A stretch of DNA of 64,000 bases from an uncultured Nitrospinota bacterium (lineage in GTDB: Bacteria > Tectomicrobia > Entotheonellia > J063 > CAVPRW01), in assembly GCA_963707985.1 (NCBI GenBank), contig CAVPRW010000008.1, positions 128,001 to 192,000 on the forward strand, read 5' to 3'. The notes beneath the pieces are model-generated. The model saw only the letters and a list, made by a program, of their open reading frames with translations, ran no database searches and was not told where the DNA came from. Positions 51,956 through 63,769 of this stretch are shown one piece after another. The position numbers and the translations under genes were made by a program. How positions within the stretch are numbered: position 1 is the first letter of the stretch; each line of letters begins with the position of its first letter.

Positions 51956-53368
51956 TCAGAACATCGGCCGGCGTTGGTGCCAGGGGATCTCCTGCTCATG
52001 GGCATAGGCCAGTTGCAAGATCGTTGCCTCGGCGAAGGGTCGCCCGGTGAACTGCAGGCCAATCGGCAGACCTCCCTCGGTAAAGCCGCATGGCACCGAA
52101 ACCGCCGGGAACCCAGCCAGGTTCGCCGGGCGAGTCAACCGGCTCAAGGCCCAGGAGACGTCGACAGTCTCTTGACTCAGGTCTACCGTCGCATCGCCGA
52201 TCCTCGGCGCCGGGATGGGTACGGTGGGCGTCACCAGCGCGTCGACACACCTGAGCGCTGCCGCCATCTCTTGGCGAATGAGGCTGCGCACGCGTTGTGC
52301 CTTCAGATAATGCTTGCCCGGGATCAATTGCCCGCAGAGCAGACCGGCGCGCACATCCGGGCTGTAGTCAGAAGCGCGCGTTTTCAGGAATTGCTCATGA
52401 ATCTCCGCTGACTCTGTTAACACAATGATCCGTCCCGCCGCCGCCGCATACTGGCTGAGGGGCAGTGAGACCTCCTCCAGCTGTGCACCCGCGCCTTCGA
52501 GTCTCCGAAAGGCAGCCCTGACACTCTCTCTCACCTCGGGATCGAGCTGCTCGAAGTAAAATTCCTGGGGGATTCCCAGGCGGGCACCTTCGATATCCTT
52601 CGTCAAGGCCGCGCTATAATCCGGGACCACGGCGGTACGGGTTGTTGGGTCATGACGATCGTGTCCGGCGATCACCTGCAGCATCAGCGCCACATCCGTC
52701 ACCGTACGCGCCATCGGACCGACGTGATCGAGCGACCAGCTCAAGGGGAAGACACCATTGCGGCTCACCCGCCCATAGGTCGGTTTCAGCCCAACGATGC
52801 CACAGAGCGCCGCTGGAATCCGGATCGAACCTCCGGTATCCGAGCCCAGAGAGCCAAAACAAAGCCCCGCCGCCAACGCAGCCGCGGAGCCGCCACTGGA
52901 TCCTCCCGGCACCCGCAGCGGGTCCCAGGGATTATTGCAGGCGCCGATCAGGGAGCTCGCATTGGTGGCGCCACGCGCAAATTCGTGCATATTGAGCTTG
53001 CCAATCAGAATGGCTCCCGCATCGTGCAGCTTGGAGATCACCGTCGCATCGTACGTAGGCTTGAAGTCGGAGAGGACCTTCGAGCCCGCGGTGGTCCGGA
53101 CACCCTTGGTATAAAACAAGTCCTTGACGGCAATGGGAACGCCATGTAGGGGGCCGCGGTAACGACCCGCAAGGATCTCCTGCTCAGCGGCGCGGGCCTG
53201 TGTCAAGGCTTCGTCCCGTAGCAGCGTGATGAAGCTGTTGAGCTGACGATCGAATTTCTCCACCCGATCGACCACGGCTTCGGTCGCTTCCACTGGTGAC
53301 ACCTCTTGCCGCTGGATCAATGTAGCCAAGCCTCTCAGACTGGTGTAGCACAGTTCGCTGGCTTCCAT
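51956..53368 (-). CDS. Amidase-signature family enzyme (GatA-like)
   Basis: AVKD, GGSSGGSAAA and GSDTGGSIRIPA motifs. Confidence 0.92.
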   Translation of the reverse strand: MEASELCYTSLRGLATLIQRQEVSPVEATEAVVDRVEKFDRQLNSFITLLRDEALTQARAAEQEILAGRYRGPLHGVPIAVKDLFYTKGVRTTAGSKVLSDFKPTYDATVISKLHDAGAILIGKLNMHEFARGATNASSLIGACNNPWDPLRVPGGSSGGSAAALAAGLCFGSLGSDTGGSIRIPAALCGIVGLKPTYGRVSRNGVFPLSWSLDHVGPMARTVTDVALMLQVIAGHDRHDPTTRTAVVPDYSAALTKDIEGARLGIPQEFYFEQLDPEVRESVRAAFRRLEGAGAQLEEVSLPLSQYAAAAGRIIVLTESAEIHEQFLKTRASDYSPDVRAGLLCGQLIPGKHYLKAQRVRSLIRQEMAAALRCVDALVTPTVPIPAPRIGDATVDLSQETVDVSWALSRLTRPANLAGFPAVSVPCGFTEGGLPIGLQFTGRPFAEATILQLAYAHEQEIPWHQRRPMF

Positions 53369-53371
53369 GGC

Positions 53372-53566
53372 TTACTCCCCCTGCACGTCAAACAAGGTTT
53401 CGGGTTCGACCTCGCCAAGGTCGACAGATGCCAGAATGTGGAGGTCGTGATAGAGCGTTTCTAGGTACGGAGCCAACTCCTCGAGCTCTGACGGGGACAA
53501 TGCAAGGCCCCCTAGCTTTTCGACCATTTCGGTAATGGTTTGTAGCGACAAGGTGGTAATTGCCAT
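53372..53566 (-). CDS. Small GatC-like partner of the amidase
   Basis: 64 aa, AGGAGG RBS, LSPSELEEL...VDLGEVEP; 3 bp upstream of the amidase. Confidence 0.65.
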   Translation of the reverse strand: MAITTLSLQTITEMVEKLGGLALSPSELEELAPYLETLYHDLHILASVDLGEVEPETLFDVQGE

Positions 53567-53943
53567 CTTTCCTCCTTCTGTGTCAGAGCGGTCCATACGT
53601 GGCGACTGGCGGTCGGTGCCAGGCCAGGACGATGATTCGTGGGAAAAACCGAGCTCCTACTGCGAAGATGTACGATACCCTATCTATTACATATATAATT
53701 ATCAAGTCAAGTATTTTTTTATCAATTTTATCATGTACGTCATCAGATTGTGTGGGTATCGAGCATGCTGGTCGGGCGGCTGCAAGCGGTCTCAGACCCT
53801 TCTCACCTCCAGGGCAGGCCTGAGAAACGCTTGGCGTGGTTTCCGTTGGGAGACCCGGGAGCTTTGCTTGGTGTATGATGTGCCGAGCATGTCCAACAAA
53901 TCTAGGGGTAGCACCGGCAGCCTTTGGGGGCGAGGAGAGAACC

Positions 53944-54438
53944 ATGCATGAGCCGAGCTGGCAAGCCTTAGCCCAACGAGTCGATCGTCTGGAGCGTGCG
54001 AGCCGATGGTGGAAGCGCCTCACGAGCGTGACGCTGGTAGGGGTGACGATTATGGTGCTCCTGGGCGCGACGGCGGGTAAGACGGCCAAAAGCCCCACCG
54101 AGCTGCGCGGGCAACGCATTGTGCTGGTGGATAAGGCGGAGCAGGGGCGGGCTGAATTGACGCTGCTGTCTGATAACCAGCCGGGTCTCATGCTCACGGA
54201 TGACTCCGGAAAGCCTCGTTTGATGCTGGCGCTTTCGAAGTATGGTGAACCCATGCTGAGCTTTGCCGACGCTGGCGGCACGCGTCGCATCATCTTGAGC
54301 CTCGACCTCTACGGGACGTTGCTGCGCTTCACGGATGACGCCGGCAACCCACGCGCCGCCCTCGTGGTGCCAGCCGAAGGGGAGCCAGAGCTCGAGCTAT
54401 TGGGCAAAGACGACAAACTGCTCTGGCGGGCTCCGTAG
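53944..54438 (+). CDS. Membrane-anchored protein with repeated LxLxDxxGxxR beta-hairpins
   Basis: RVDRLER coil, one TM, then four LxD.xG..R repeats. Confidence 0.7.
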   Translation: MHEPSWQALAQRVDRLERASRWWKRLTSVTLVGVTIMVLLGATAGKTAKSPTELRGQRIVLVDKAEQGRAELTLLSDNQPGLMLTDDSGKPRLMLALSKYGEPMLSFADAGGTRRIILSLDLYGTLLRFTDDAGNPRAALVVPAEGEPELELLGKDDKLLWRAP

Positions 54439-54574
54439 CGCGGCCGATGACGCCGGGAACGAGCGACGAGAGCAGGGTGCTATGCTGACGCTCGTGCCTC
54501 ATCGCACTTGCAGAGGAGGGGGAGCCTCAGTCGGAATACGTAATTCTCCATATTGACAATTCCTTTCCCGGCGC

Positions 54575-55040
54575 CTATTGGCAGTACAGGAGCGGGAACG
54601 TCGCGACATCGCTCGCGAACTCCACGACGAAATCGGGCAGCTCTTGACCGGCTTGAGCCTCACGCTTGCGACGATCAAACAAGCTCCAGTGCTGGCGCCT
54701 GGGGGAGCTCTCGATAGAGCGAGCGCCTTGGTGGATGATCTCATCGCGCGCGTACGGCATCTGTCGACCGATCTCCGCCCACCGATGCTGGACGATCTCG
54801 GTCTGCTCCCCACATTGCTATAGCATGTCGGACGCTATACCGCACAGACCAGCGTGCAGGTGCAAGTCAAGCATCACGGGGTATCTCGCCGTAAGCTTCC
54901 AGCAGCGGTCGAAATAGCAGCCTTCCGGATTGTGCAAGAAGCCCTGACCAATATTGCGCGGCATGCCGGGGTCCAACAGGCGGTTGTGCATCTTATCGCA
55001 AATCCTACCACTCTTACCGTCCAGATCGAAGATAGTGGTC
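54575..55040 (+). pseudogene. HisKA_3 (NarX/UhpB-type) kinase C-terminal remnant
   Basis: ERERRDIARELHDEIGQ, DLRPPMLDDLGL, a TAG at 54821, then FRIVQEALTNIARHA. Confidence 0.75.
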
Positions 55041-57310
55041 AGCCAGCGCCTTTCCCGACCAATCTTGCGGCTTCAGGAAGGTGTGTGACAGGTTGGCAGC
55101 GGCGATCTCGCCCACCAGGTGCCGGTCGCCACGCATGATGAGATTGGTGAGTTAGCGTCACAATTCCATCAGATGGCTGCGCGGCTGCGTGATTCCTATG
55201 GCGAGCTAGAGCACAAGATAGCCGAAAAGACCCGCGATCTATCCGCACTGTACGCCCTGACCGGCCCACTGAGTCCGCGTCCGGCTGGGAGCAGGTCCTG
55301 GATGACACGCTCGACAAGATTATGCAGGTCACAGGCGCCGACGCTGCCGCCATTCGCCTCCTCGATGAGTGTCATGAGCGTCTGGGTTTCTCCGCCTACC
55401 GGGGGTTCACGGAGGATTCCATGCGTGAGCTTCCCATGGGTTGGTGTGAGCCTGATCTGAACGACATGCTTGCGAGTATGAAAGAACCGCTCATTTTTGA
55501 GGATGTTCTGGATGATTCCCAGCTGGCCCTCAGTCGGCTGGGGGGAGAGGGATTTCGCTCAGTGGTGTACGTGTCATTGAAAACTCCCCACCACGTGCTG
55601 GGCCTCGTGAGCCTGGCCAGCCGCGAACCGGGACGGCTCAACGTGAGAGGACACGAACTTTTCCTGGCCATGGCGCATCAGATCGCCACGGTTATTGAGA
55701 ATGCGCGGCTCTATGCTGCCGAGGCGGCAGCTCGCGCCGTAACTGAAGTTGCCACGCGAGCGAAGAGCGAGTTTCTGGCCAACATGAGCCATGAGATTCG
55801 CACCCCGATGTATGGCATTCTCGGCATGACAGAACTGGCGCTCGACACCGACCTGAGGCCTGAACAGCGGGAATATTTGTCGCGGGTGAAGACCTCGGCC
55901 GACGCGCTGCTGCAGGTCATCAACGATATTCTGGACTTCTCCAAGATCGAAGCCCGCAAACTCGAGCTCAACCCTCTCCCGTTTAGGCTTCGTGACACGC
56001 TTGACGCCACCATGAAAACGCTGGCATTGCAGGCGCACCGCAAGGGTCTTGAGCTCCTGTATGCGGTGCATGACGCCGTCCCGGACGGGTTGCTTGGCGA
56101 CAGCTACCGCCTGCGCCAGATCCTGGTCAATCTCGTGGGGAACGCCATCAAATTCACCGCGCACGGTGAGATTGTGGTCAACGTCTCCAATCAGCCGCAG
56201 GTGCCGCTGCGTGCGCCTGAAGATGCGGCGCAGAGGCCCCTGCACTTTTCGGTCCAGGATACCGGCATCGGCATCCCTCCGGATCGACAGCAAGCCATCC
56301 TCGAACCTTTTGTCCAGGCTGATGGATCTACCACGCGTCAATATGGCGGCACCGGGCTAGGGCTGACCATCTCCAAGCAGTTGATCGAGCTCATGAGGGG
56401 ACAGCTCTGGATCGAGAGTCAGGCTGGGTGCGGGAGCACCTTCCATTTCACGGTGAGTTGTGAAGTGCAGCCGAATGCGACGACCGAGGTGTTGGCTCCC
56501 CCGGTCGACGTGCGTGGCCTGCCTGTCCTGGTGGTTGATGACAACGCTATCAACCGGCATCTTCTCCACGCGATGCTCGAACATTGGCAGATGAAACCCA
56601 CAGCAGTTGCCGGGGGGCAGATGGCCTTCCAGGTTCTAGCCCAGGCCAGAGATGCCGGATCGTCTTTCCCTCTCGTGCTGTTGGATGCGCAGATGCCTGG
56701 GATGGATGGCTTTGCGGTGGCGGCACGGATGCGGAAAGACCCGATATTAGCCAACGCAATGATTCTGATGCTCTCATCGGCGGATTTCTTGGGTGATTCC
56801 GCCCGTTGTCGAGCCTTGGGGATTCACGTCTATTTGACGAAGCCGGTTCGACAGGCGGAGCTGCGAGAGGCCATCGTTACGGCCCTGAGCTCCACGGCGC
56901 CAGCCCACGCCCCTCCTGCGATAGCGCCAGCGGCGACGGCGCCAACATTATCCCAGCATTACCACATTCTGCTGGCGGAGGATAACCCCGTCAACCAGAC
57001 GTTGGGACTTCGTATCTTGGAGAAACAGGGACATACGGTCGTGGTCGTCGCCAATGGCCAAGAAGCGCTCACGGCTCTAACACGGGAGTCCTTCGATCTG
57101 GTGTTGATGGATGTGCAGATGCCCATCATGGACGGCTTCGAGACCACTGCCACCATCCGAGCCCAGGAGGAACGCAGTGGGGCACATCTTCCCATCATCG
57201 CCATGACCGCCCATGCCATGCAGGGAGATCGGGAGCAGTGTCTGCATGCAGGGATGGACGATTACCTGCCCAAGCCAATGAAGGCTGCGGATCTCTCTAG
57301 TTATCATTGA
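55040..57310 (+). pseudogene. Hybrid histidine kinase (HAMP-GAF-HisKA-HATPase-REC-REC), 5'-truncated and frameshifted near 55275
   Basis: [35 protein letters not shown] and two receiver domains. Confidence 0.8.
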
Positions 57311-57526
57311 GCGGGTACTCGAGAACACTCGGCTCGCCAATGGCGCTTCTCCCGAACAGGACAGCCCATCTGGTCCATATTCGCCCGCTCTCGTGGCGGG
57401 ACTTTGAAGGGACGGCGGATTCTGATGGGGGAAACTGTCACGACTGTATCGCCCCCACCCAGCCATCCCCCTCGATGGGGGAGCCTGCGGGAGAGGGAAC
57501 ATGGTGGTACGCGATTCTGAGCCGTC

Positions 57527-59987
57527 TCAGACGACAGGGGCAATTCCCCAAATATCCCGCGCATACTCAGTAATGGTGCGATCACTCGAGAATTTTCCCA
57601 CCCGTGCCATATTCAAGATGCTTTTGCGCCACCAAAGGGGCAGCTCTGTATACTCCTGAGCCAACCGGCCATGGACCGCCACATAAGACTCGAAATCCGC
57701 CAGTAAGTAGTAGGGGTCACCCCCGTGCAGAATCGCCTGGTAAATCCACTGGAAGAGGCCAGGTTCATCGCGACAGAAACGATCGGAGGTAAACGTATCC
57801 ATCAGTCGCCTGACCTCAGAGCGCTGGCGATACAGGTCCTGCGGGTGATACGTCCCGTCGCGGCGGTGAGCGGCAATCTCTTCGGCGGTGAGCCCGAAGA
57901 TGAAGATATTCGCTTCACCCACCTCCTGGCGGATTTCGATATTGGCCCCATCGAGCGTGCCGATCGTCAGTGCGCCGTTGAGGGCGAATTTCATATTGCT
58001 GGTTCCGGAAGCCTCGGTGCCGGCAGTGGAGATTTGTTCGCTGACAGTCGGCTGCAGGGATGATCTTTTCCGCCAACGACACGCGGTAATCCGGAATGAA
58101 GACCATCTTGATCTGCCCATGGACACGTGGGTCGTTATTGATCACATACCCAACGTTATTAATCAATTTGATGATCTGTTTAGCTGACCAATAGCCTGGA
58201 GCCGCTTTGCCGGCAAAGACATAGGTGCGCGGCACGACCGGTTCAATACCGTCTTCGATGAGGCAGAGATAGTCGTGAATGATGTGCATGACGTTGAGTA
58301 GTTGGCGTTTGTATTCGTGGATGCGCTTCACCTGGATATCGAAGAGTGAATCCGGATCAACGACGACCTGTGTGGTATCTTTGATCACACGCGCCAGTTC
58401 CTCCTTATTGGCGCGCTTGATGCGCCTGCACTCCTGCTGGAAATTCGGGTCACCGGCATATGGTTCCAGCGCCCGCAAGGCCTCAAGGTCGGTGATCCAG
58501 TCCGCACCGATGGCCCCGGTGATGTGCCTGGCCAAGAGAGGGTTAGCTTTCAGCAGCCAGCGACGCGGGGTCACGCCATTGGTCTTGTTGTTGAACCGCT
58601 CCGGCCAGAGCTGGTAGAAATCCGGCACGAGCGTCTGTGTCACCAAGCCGGTGTGGAGGGCGGATACCCCATTCACCGAATGGCTACCGACGATGGCCAG
58701 ATGGGCCATGCGCACCTGTTGTCGATCTCCCTCTTCGATGAGGGACATGCGCTGCAGGCGCTCGACATCTCCTGGCCATGTATAGGTGACCTGTTCCAGG
58801 AAACGCCGGTTGATCTCATAGATCATTTGCAGATGCCGCGGTAAGACCCGCTCAAATAACGCCACCGGCCACTTCTCCAAGGCCTCGGGCATGAGGGTGT
58901 GATTGGTATATCCCAGCGTTGCCTGCGTCACCTCCCAGGCAGTTTCCCATGGCAGGGTATATTCATCGATGAGCATGCGCATCAATTCGGCCACCGTCAA
59001 TGCCGGATGGGTGTCATTCAACTGAATGGCCACTTTCGACGGGAAATCATCGAAAGTCGTATGGGTGTTCAGATAGCGTCTGATGATATCCCGCACCGCA
59101 CAGGACACCAGGAAATACTCCTGAATCAACCGGAGTTCCCGGCCCACTTCAACGGAATCAGACGGATAGAGCACCTTAGAGATGGTCTCCAAGGCGATTT
59201 TCTGTTCCACCGCCCGCACGTAATCACCCTCGTTGAAGATCTGCATGTCGAACTCCTGCGACGAGCGTGCGGTAAACAAGCGCAAAAAATTCACGGTGTG
59301 GCCACCATAACCGACGATGGGCATATCCGAGGGGACGCCGATAATGAGGGTCCAACCCATCCACATCGGATTGTATTGACCATGGCGATCCGAGGCATGT
59401 TCAAGCCAGCCGTACACCGGTACCACACAGGCCTCATGCAGACGTTCGATCTCCCACGGGGTACCAAACGCTTGCCAATTATCGGGCTTTTCTCGCTGGT
59501 GACCCTCACTGATTTCCTGCGTGAATAACCCATACTCATAATTGATCCCATAACCGTATCCGGGCATTCCAAGCGTCGCCAACGAGTCCAGGAAGCATGC
59601 CGCGAGGCGGCCAAGACCACCATTGCCAAGGGCCGCATCCGGCTCACTCTCCATCAACTCGTCCAGGTCGACCCCCAGAATGTGCAGGGCCTGCCGGCAT
59701 TCGTCCAGGAGTTGCAGGTTATAGAGGTTATTGCTGAGCGACTGCCCCATGAGAAATTCCATCGAGAGATAATACAGGCGCTTCGCATCGACCATCTGAT
59801 AGCGCTCCTCTGTGGCGAGCATGCGATCGATGATGCGCTCCCGAAGGGCTAACACGACAGCCGTGAATAAATCTCCTTGGTGCAGGTTGTCCCATTCTCT
59901 ACCCAGTGAATACCGGGCATGATAGACAATTGATTCGCTCAGCGGCATACTTGTTCTATCCAACAGTCCAATGTTCACCTCATGCAT
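57527..59987 (-). CDS. glgP: Glycogen/starch phosphorylase, frameshifted near 58047
   Basis: LGNGGLGRLAACF, QLNDTHP and KRIHEYKRQ, then EASGTSNMKF (PLP lysine) in the shifted frame. Confidence 0.92.
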
Positions 59988-60055
59988 GTTCTTATCCCTC
60001 TCAAACTGTGGCACTGCGTGATACTCTCTCTCACACTCGTCGTCTCGAGCACGAT

Positions 60056-61630
60056 TCATCCTGGTTGATGCTCTGGACGTAACAGGTCGAGAACCGTCTT
60101 GACTGGATTGAAGATCGCTAATGGCACCTCGACAAACACCGTATTCCAGTACGCCATGCCACCATTCCATAGTCCCGGCCACTCGAGGGTTTTAAGGTCT
60201 CGACCCTGATAGGACTTGATGGCGATAAATCCGGCCTCTGGATCCACAAAACGCTGCAGATCGAATAGCTTTCCACGGTAATCCCGCACGCCACAGACCA
60301 ACTCTACCGGATTGAAATGAGTTGCCGAGGCCATGATGGCCCGTTGGCTCGCCGAAGTCCTATCCACCTGTGAGGTCTCGACGATCTGAAGGGAATGCGT
60401 TCCATCCGGCTGCTCTACCCAAAATGGGCCACCACCTGGCTCGCCGATGTTCTTGACCATACCGCAGACGCGCAGGGGACGATTCAATAGGCCCTGGAGA
60501 TAGCGGGCTTGGGCGGGTAGGGGGGCATGTAGGATGGCCGACGGAGGAATGAGACACAGCTGCTGACGAGCAAAGGCAAAGACATCGGCTATCAGCTGCT
60601 TATTGCCCTCGCCTTGAGCTAATGTGTGGAGATAGTCGAATATTTGCTCCTGTAGCACAACCAGATATCCGCCGAGTGTTTTTCTCCATCGCGTGGTCTC
60701 AGGCTTCAGGTAATCGGGCACAATATTGTCGATGTTCTTGATGAAAATAATATCGCCTTGGGTAGATGCCAAATTTTTCAACAGGGAGCCATGTCCACCT
60801 GGTCTGAATAGCAGCTGCCCATTTTCGGTGCGAAAAGGTCGATTATCCAGTTCAACGGCGATAGTATCGGTCGAGCGGTCTTGGACCGAGAGAGACACAT
60901 GAAAGTGCGATGGGTCCTCAAAATGCTCCCGGATAAAGTCATCTATGTGAGTCCTTATCACGTCCACATGCTGGTTCGGTACGGTAAAATCGATGTCTAC
61001 AGCGTTCTTTCGACTTCTAATATATAGCGATGATTCCATTAGATGCTCAGCAAACGGGGTTCTCTGATGATCTTCGTACGTATGGAACTTCAACAGCCCC
61101 TTTGGCAGGTTCGCGTAGTGCAACCCTTGAGAGGTCAACAGGCATTCGAGGATGAGTTGATATTGGTGGTGATCGAGGAGAAATTGGAGATTAATACCAT
61201 TTTGGGATAATACATCTTGCAGATCATCATGGAAGGCAAAGTGTTTCAGGCCACCGATGAATTGCCGAAAGTCGCGGCCATCCTGATCATCATCGGCGAG
61301 CGTGGTTTGGCCTAGAGCCTGGTCAATCCGTTCAGGGTGGTTCAGAAACGACAGTAGAGGATTGAACATCCGGCTGGTCGCCCCTGCGGCTGGGACGAAA
61401 CTCATCACCCGCTCCGCAGCGGCTGCCCGTGCGTAGGACTCTGTGAGTCGTACAACATTGTCTGCTTCGACCGGCTGGATGCCGTCGTGGAGGGTACATG
61501 GACGGTGCACCAGGGTGTCTGGGAACCCTTGCCGTAAGCTCTCTATCTGGGCTAACACTGCCTCGACGCTGATGCCCCTGGCAGCGATGTGCGAAAGGTC
61601 TTCATGGCTGAAAAGATGCGAAGAATGCAT
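60056..61630 (-). CDS. DUF4301-family protein (nucleotidyltransferase-like)
   Basis: FVPAAGATSRMF, PKGLLKFH, FRPGGHG, KNIDN, GEPGGGPFW and PGLWNG motifs. Confidence 0.85.
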   Translation of the reverse strand: MHSSHLFSHEDLSHIAARGISVEAVLAQIESLRQGFPDTLVHRPCTLHDGIQPVEADNVVRLTESYARAAAAERVMSFVPAAGATSRMFNPLLSFLNHPERIDQALGQTTLADDDQDGRDFRQFIGGLKHFAFHDDLQDVLSQNGINLQFLLDHHQYQLILECLLTSQGLHYANLPKGLLKFHTYEDHQRTPFAEHLMESSLYIRSRKNAVDIDFTVPNQHVDVIRTHIDDFIREHFEDPSHFHVSLSVQDRSTDTIAVELDNRPFRTENGQLLFRPGGHGSLLKNLASTQGDIIFIKNIDNIVPDYLKPETTRWRKTLGGYLVVLQEQIFDYLHTLAQGEGNKQLIADVFAFARQQLCLIPPSAILHAPLPAQARYLQGLLNRPLRVCGMVKNIGEPGGGPFWVEQPDGTHSLQIVETSQVDRTSASQRAIMASATHFNPVELVCGVRDYRGKLFDLQRFVDPEAGFIAIKSYQGRDLKTLEWPGLWNGGMAYWNTVFVEVPLAIFNPVKTVLDLLRPEHQPG

Positions 61631-61941
61631 GTTTGGCTCTCCTAGCGAGGGTCATACACGTTTCAATCATATCGTGATGGAATTCGATTATGGCCGAGTT
61701 AACTCTTGATACTTCAAGACAATGTAGATCTGGTATCGACGACTTATGAAAGTTATTCTAGTGTGATATATGATATATTGTCTAGTGGTTTTATCGTCAT
61801 CCATAGCGTCTCTTGCAGATTCCTGTGTACTGTCAATTTTCAGTAGTGTAGGCGGTGCGCACAAACGGAGAGTTTTGCTGGAGAAGTGTAACATCTTAGG
61901 ACAGTATTCATCCGACAACGAGTGTAAAGGAGAATACTCTG

Positions 61942-62277
61942 ATGGCACCCACTATCGGCCAGATCGGTGATGTCACGGTTATCACTGTGCCCGGACCACG
62001 GCTGGATGCCAGCCAATCCCCGGCGTTCAAGCGCGACATCGCCCCAGTGCTGACGGCCAACCCCAAGGTGATCCTCGATCTAAGCGAGCTGCAATTTGTC
62101 GATAGTACCGGTTTAGGCACCATTGTTTCCTGCTTGAAGATGTTGAATGCCTCGGGAGGTGACCTGAAGCTCTGCGGCATGTCGAAATCGATCCGGGCAC
62201 TCTTTGAGCTCGTGCGGATGCATCGGGTCTTCGACATTTACAACTCAAAAGAGGAAGCGGCCGGTGCCTTTCGCTGA
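61942..62277 (+). CDS. STAS-domain anti-sigma factor antagonist
   Basis: LDLSELQFVDSTGLG motif. Confidence 0.9.
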   Translation: MAPTIGQIGDVTVITVPGPRLDASQSPAFKRDIAPVLTANPKVILDLSELQFVDSTGLGTIVSCLKMLNASGGDLKLCGMSKSIRALFELVRMHRVFDIYNSKEEAAGAFR

Positions 62278-62323
62278 CCATCGTAGCCCTTGCCACCCTG
62301 CACGGCCTAGAGCCCGTAGCGCT

Positions 62324-63160
62324 CTAGGCGTTGCTTCCCTGCAAGGCAACACTAAAGGCCGTTAGGCCTTCTTCCCACGAGGGCAACAGGATCTCCGGCT
62401 CCTGTATGGTGGTGAGCACGGTATACCGTGGGCGCACGGCGACGCGCGCGAAGGCCACACTCGAGACCGGTCGAACGGGTGTCTGAATTCCCAGCTTTCG
62501 GTAAAGCCTCTGGGTGAGCTCAAACCAGCTCGCTTCCCCCCGACCGGCCAGGTGATAGGTGCCATAGGCTTCTGTTTCAATCAGATGCGAAAGTGCCTCG
62601 GCCAGATGCGGTGCATATGTTGGAGACCCAAACTGGTCACTGACGACGCACACCTCTGGATTCTTGGCCAAGCCACACATCGTTTTCGGGAAATTGCGTC
62701 CGGCGGTATGATAGAGCCAGGCGGTGCGGACGATGTAATGTCGCGGATTATGGGTTCTGACTGCTTCTTCCCCCGCCAACTTGCTAGCGCCATAGACGGA
62801 TAGAGGACTAGGACAATCATATTCATGGTATGGCCGCCGGCTGGTCCCGTCAAACACGTAATCCGTGGACAGATGCAGTAACGGACACCCCTGCGCGGCG
62901 GTGGCAAGCGCCAGATTGCGTGGCCCGAACGCATTGACCCGAAAGGCTTCACCACACCGGCTCTCCGCCCCATCAACGTCGTTGCAGGCTGCGGCATTGA
63001 TCGCCAAATCGGGCTGATAGTAGTGCACCGCGGCCAACACCTGATCGAGGCGGGTGATGTCGATCTGGTCGTGGGCTAGCGCTACGACCTGGTGGTATGT
63101 GAGCACTATTTGGAGGGCTTGGCCAAGTTGGCCGTTCGCCCCGGTTAAGAGGATCGTCAT
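62324..63160 (-). CDS. rfbD: dTDP-4-dehydrorhamnose reductase
   Basis: [20 protein letters not shown] and DQFGSPT motifs. Confidence 0.95.
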   Translation of the reverse strand: MTILLTGANGQLGQALQIVLTYHQVVALAHDQIDITRLDQVLAAVHYYQPDLAINAAACNDVDGAESRCGEAFRVNAFGPRNLALATAAQGCPLLHLSTDYVFDGTSRRPYHEYDCPSPLSVYGASKLAGEEAVRTHNPRHYIVRTAWLYHTAGRNFPKTMCGLAKNPEVCVVSDQFGSPTYAPHLAEALSHLIETEAYGTYHLAGRGEASWFELTQRLYRKLGIQTPVRPVSSVAFARVAVRPRYTVLTTIQEPEILLPSWEEGLTAFSVALQGSNA

Positions 63161-63720
63161 AGGGGGTCCTGTTCGAATTTGGGTAACCGCTCAAGATCAT
63201 CGCGCAGGAAGGAGGCCGCGCGATCCTTCGCCGACAGAATCGGGTCATCCAGGGGCCACTTGATGTCGATGTCGGGATCATCCCAGCGCAGGTGGATCTC
63301 ATCGACGGGATCGTAAAAGTCGGTGCATTTATATTCGATCTGGGCTGCGGCGCTGGTGACACAATAGCCATGAGCGAAACCCTGAGGGATATAGCACTGC
63401 CGGAAATTTTGTGCCGACAAGGTGGTGGCCACCCAGTGCAGGAAGGTGGGGGAGCCTCGCCGGATATCGACCGCCACATCGAAAATCTCGCCCTCGATCA
63501 CCCGGATCAATTTCCCTTGAGGTTGTCGCTGCTGAGCGTGGAGTCCGCGAATGGTGCTATAGACCGAGCGCGACTGATTATCCTGCACGAAGGTCGTGGG
63601 GATACCACTGTCCCGATACTTTTGAAGGTGATAGGTTTCTAAGAAGAATCCTCGGCCATCTCGGTAGACATCTGGTGTGATGATGATCACACCCGGGAGT
63701 GAAGTCGAAATAAATTTCAT
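63157..63720 (-). CDS. rfbC: dTDP-4-dehydrorhamnose 3,5-epimerase
   Basis: D.RGFF.E, QDN.S.S, RGLH and GFAHG motifs. Confidence 0.95.
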   Translation of the reverse strand: MKFISTSLPGVIIITPDVYRDGRGFFLETYHLQKYRDSGIPTTFVQDNQSRSVYSTIRGLHAQQRQPQGKLIRVIEGEIFDVAVDIRRGSPTFLHWVATTLSAQNFRQCYIPQGFAHGYCVTSAAAQIEYKCTDFYDPVDEIHLRWDDPDIDIKWPLDDPILSAKDRAASFLRDDLERLPKFEQDPL

Positions 63721-63769
63721 GCGTTTCCTCCTATGACCGTGTCGGAATGAAGACGAACATCTCAGGTAC

